From positions 11,594,001-11,658,000 of the forward strand of contig OZ249443.1 of NCBI GenBank assembly GCA_965235115.1: a stretch of DNA of 64,000 nt, written 5' to 3'. The notes under the pieces were generated by a model. That model did not search any database, had not been told where the DNA came from, and worked only from the letters and a program-made list of their open reading frames with translations. This document shows, piece by piece, positions 62,341 to 64,000 of this stretch. Within the stretch, counting starts at the first letter, position 1, and each line of letters starts with the position of its first letter. Position numbers and translations under genes: made by a program. The DNA is from Laetmonice hystrix. Lineage: Eukaryota.

Positions 62341-63109
62341 GGGATTGAGCTGTACTCGGGGGTTGGTCATACGGTTCCCCACCTGTTACAACTCCTGCTC
62401 AGGTTGCCATGGTGAAGAGCAACCGTGGTTTTGGGTGCATACCACACAAGAAAGGTGGAATGCGATATGTGAGAGTGCATTTCATCGCTGTCTTTTCGTA
62501 ATATCTACGTGTGTTAGACCTGAGAAGTATGCTTGTGACAAAAGGATCAGACATTTTGACAAGGTAAGCTAGGAACCCGACCGAATTGGCTTCCCGGAAC
62601 GCTCAACCAAGGTGATATATTTCCTTTAGGTGGGAGGAAGTGAAAGATAAATAGGCAAATCCCGTGTAGTATGTTTATAGTAGTAGTAGTAGCTTGTTTA
62701 TTTCTTTGACATGTGTTACAGTAACTAGTCAGTCTGTACAAATGACAAAATTCATCAAAGTGTAACACCCAGCCCTGAAAGTTTAACTTTAGCGCCACAC
62801 TGAAGTTGTTTATGTATACATCTATGTATGGTAGACATTAGGAGGGGAGGAAGTTTTTGCAGTTTACAACATATGGTAACTATTCAGTCTGAATTTTTTT
62901 TACTGGTTGCTCTAACTTTATACACCTGAAAGGCTTCACCTGTTATAAATTACATAATTCCAGTCGTAATATGATATGTCCTCCTCAGTGGTTCATGTAT
63001 GATGGATACACAGAAGTGAATCGGGGCTGGCCTACCATTGGCTGGCACTTGTCTGCACAGCACTGCCACCTGGGGGATGTCAGAAAGAGGCTGGTGAATT
63101 AAAGATGGC

Positions 63110-63330
63110 GGTCTCGGGGTGGGGGTCCGTAGTGTGCAGGGGTTGGGGTCAGTAGTGTGCGGGGGTGGGGGTCCATAGTATGCTGGGGTGGGGTTGGGGG
63201 TCCGTAGTGTGGCGGGGGTCGGAGTGTGGTCCGTATGTGCGGGGGTGGGGGTGGTGGTGGAGGGGGGGGGGGGTCGTACTGTGCGGGGTGGGAACGGGGT
63301 TTCCATGTTTCCGGGCGGTGGTGGGGCGGG
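63110..63330. repeat. Degenerate G-rich repeat (ggggtccgtagtgt modules), G-quadruplex-prone
   Basis: Repeated gggggtcc(g/a)tagtgt motifs and many G runs. Confidence 0.6.
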
Positions 63331-64000
63331 GTTTCCATACCAAAGCACTCTATATTGATTACTGGTGTATCTGGTGTATCTACATATCTATAATTACGAA
63401 CGAAATTTTAAAAACGCTAGACGGGAATTTGTAATCACATTAATTTTACAGTAAGTACATCAGCAAATTATGCATAATTTACGGTTTGCCGCCCGGTCTG
63501 TTGTAGTTCAGACCTGCAGTTGGAAGCTTTTGTTCACTCCAATTTATTTACAGGTCATATGTATATTTTTACGCCTAATGTGGATTGTAATTAACCGACC
63601 AATGAGAGTGTATCACCGTTGTCGATATGATACACGGAATCAAGGATGAAGTTGAACTATCCACAAATCATAGATCATAATGTTTGGTGTAGCCCTACCA
63701 GAGTCGCCGTAAATTAAAGGCTCTCTTAATTTCTCTGTTTTTTCTTTTTTTGCCCAGAGTCATTGCATTGCGATCCATCCTCGATCGCTATGAATTTAGA
63801 TGAAGACATTAGCAAATGATCCTCCACCAAATATCGCTAGAATATTTCTGCTGCTCCAGTGTCAGATAATGTTCGGCATGATATGTTGGGTACAGGGCCT
63901 GGAGCGACCATCTATAAAAATAATCTTGGAAACGTCTTCGGTATTATTGTAGGGAGGGGGCATTCTCGATATTTCACTCCCTCTCTCTCTCTGTACCTCT

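Noticed and set aside
63510-63560. Possible next CLC exon (FRPAVGS...)
   Set aside because: It lacks the preceding helix C and the GSGxPE motif, and the donor is poor.

Overview
This is eukaryotic animal DNA, most likely from an invertebrate bilaterian. The evidence is spliceosomal exons, tRNA-derived SINEs, CTCF-like motifs and little CpG depletion. It is almost entirely intronic or intergenic, and most ORFs in the supplied track are artefacts of tandem repeats, the N gap or chance. The only well-supported coding sequence is two plus-strand exons (37494-37633 and 58862-58991). They splice in phase across a 21.2-kb intron and give the N-terminal cytosolic segment and first transmembrane helix (helix B) of a CLC-family chloride channel/Cl-H+ exchanger. 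I could not locate its start exon or any downstream exon with confidence. The rest contains about 13 unrelated minisatellites (roughly 15% of the window), a tRNA-derived SINE family (one intact copy with a 12-bp TSD), several MITEs including a nested pair, short fold-back elements, and a 238-N gap. There is no CRISPR array, rRNA, intact tRNA gene or autonomous transposon. I cannot demonstrate a new biological system. The best leads are: (i) over-represented TAGGCCTA and TACATGTA palindromes that look like TA-transposon excision scars; (ii) one such scar that puts an in-frame stop into a candidate two-exon coding remnant; (iii) the hexamer TGACAG shared by six otherwise unrelated tandem-repeat units; and (iv) a TGT...ACA MITE with a 5-bp TSD. 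All counts and alignments were done by eye.
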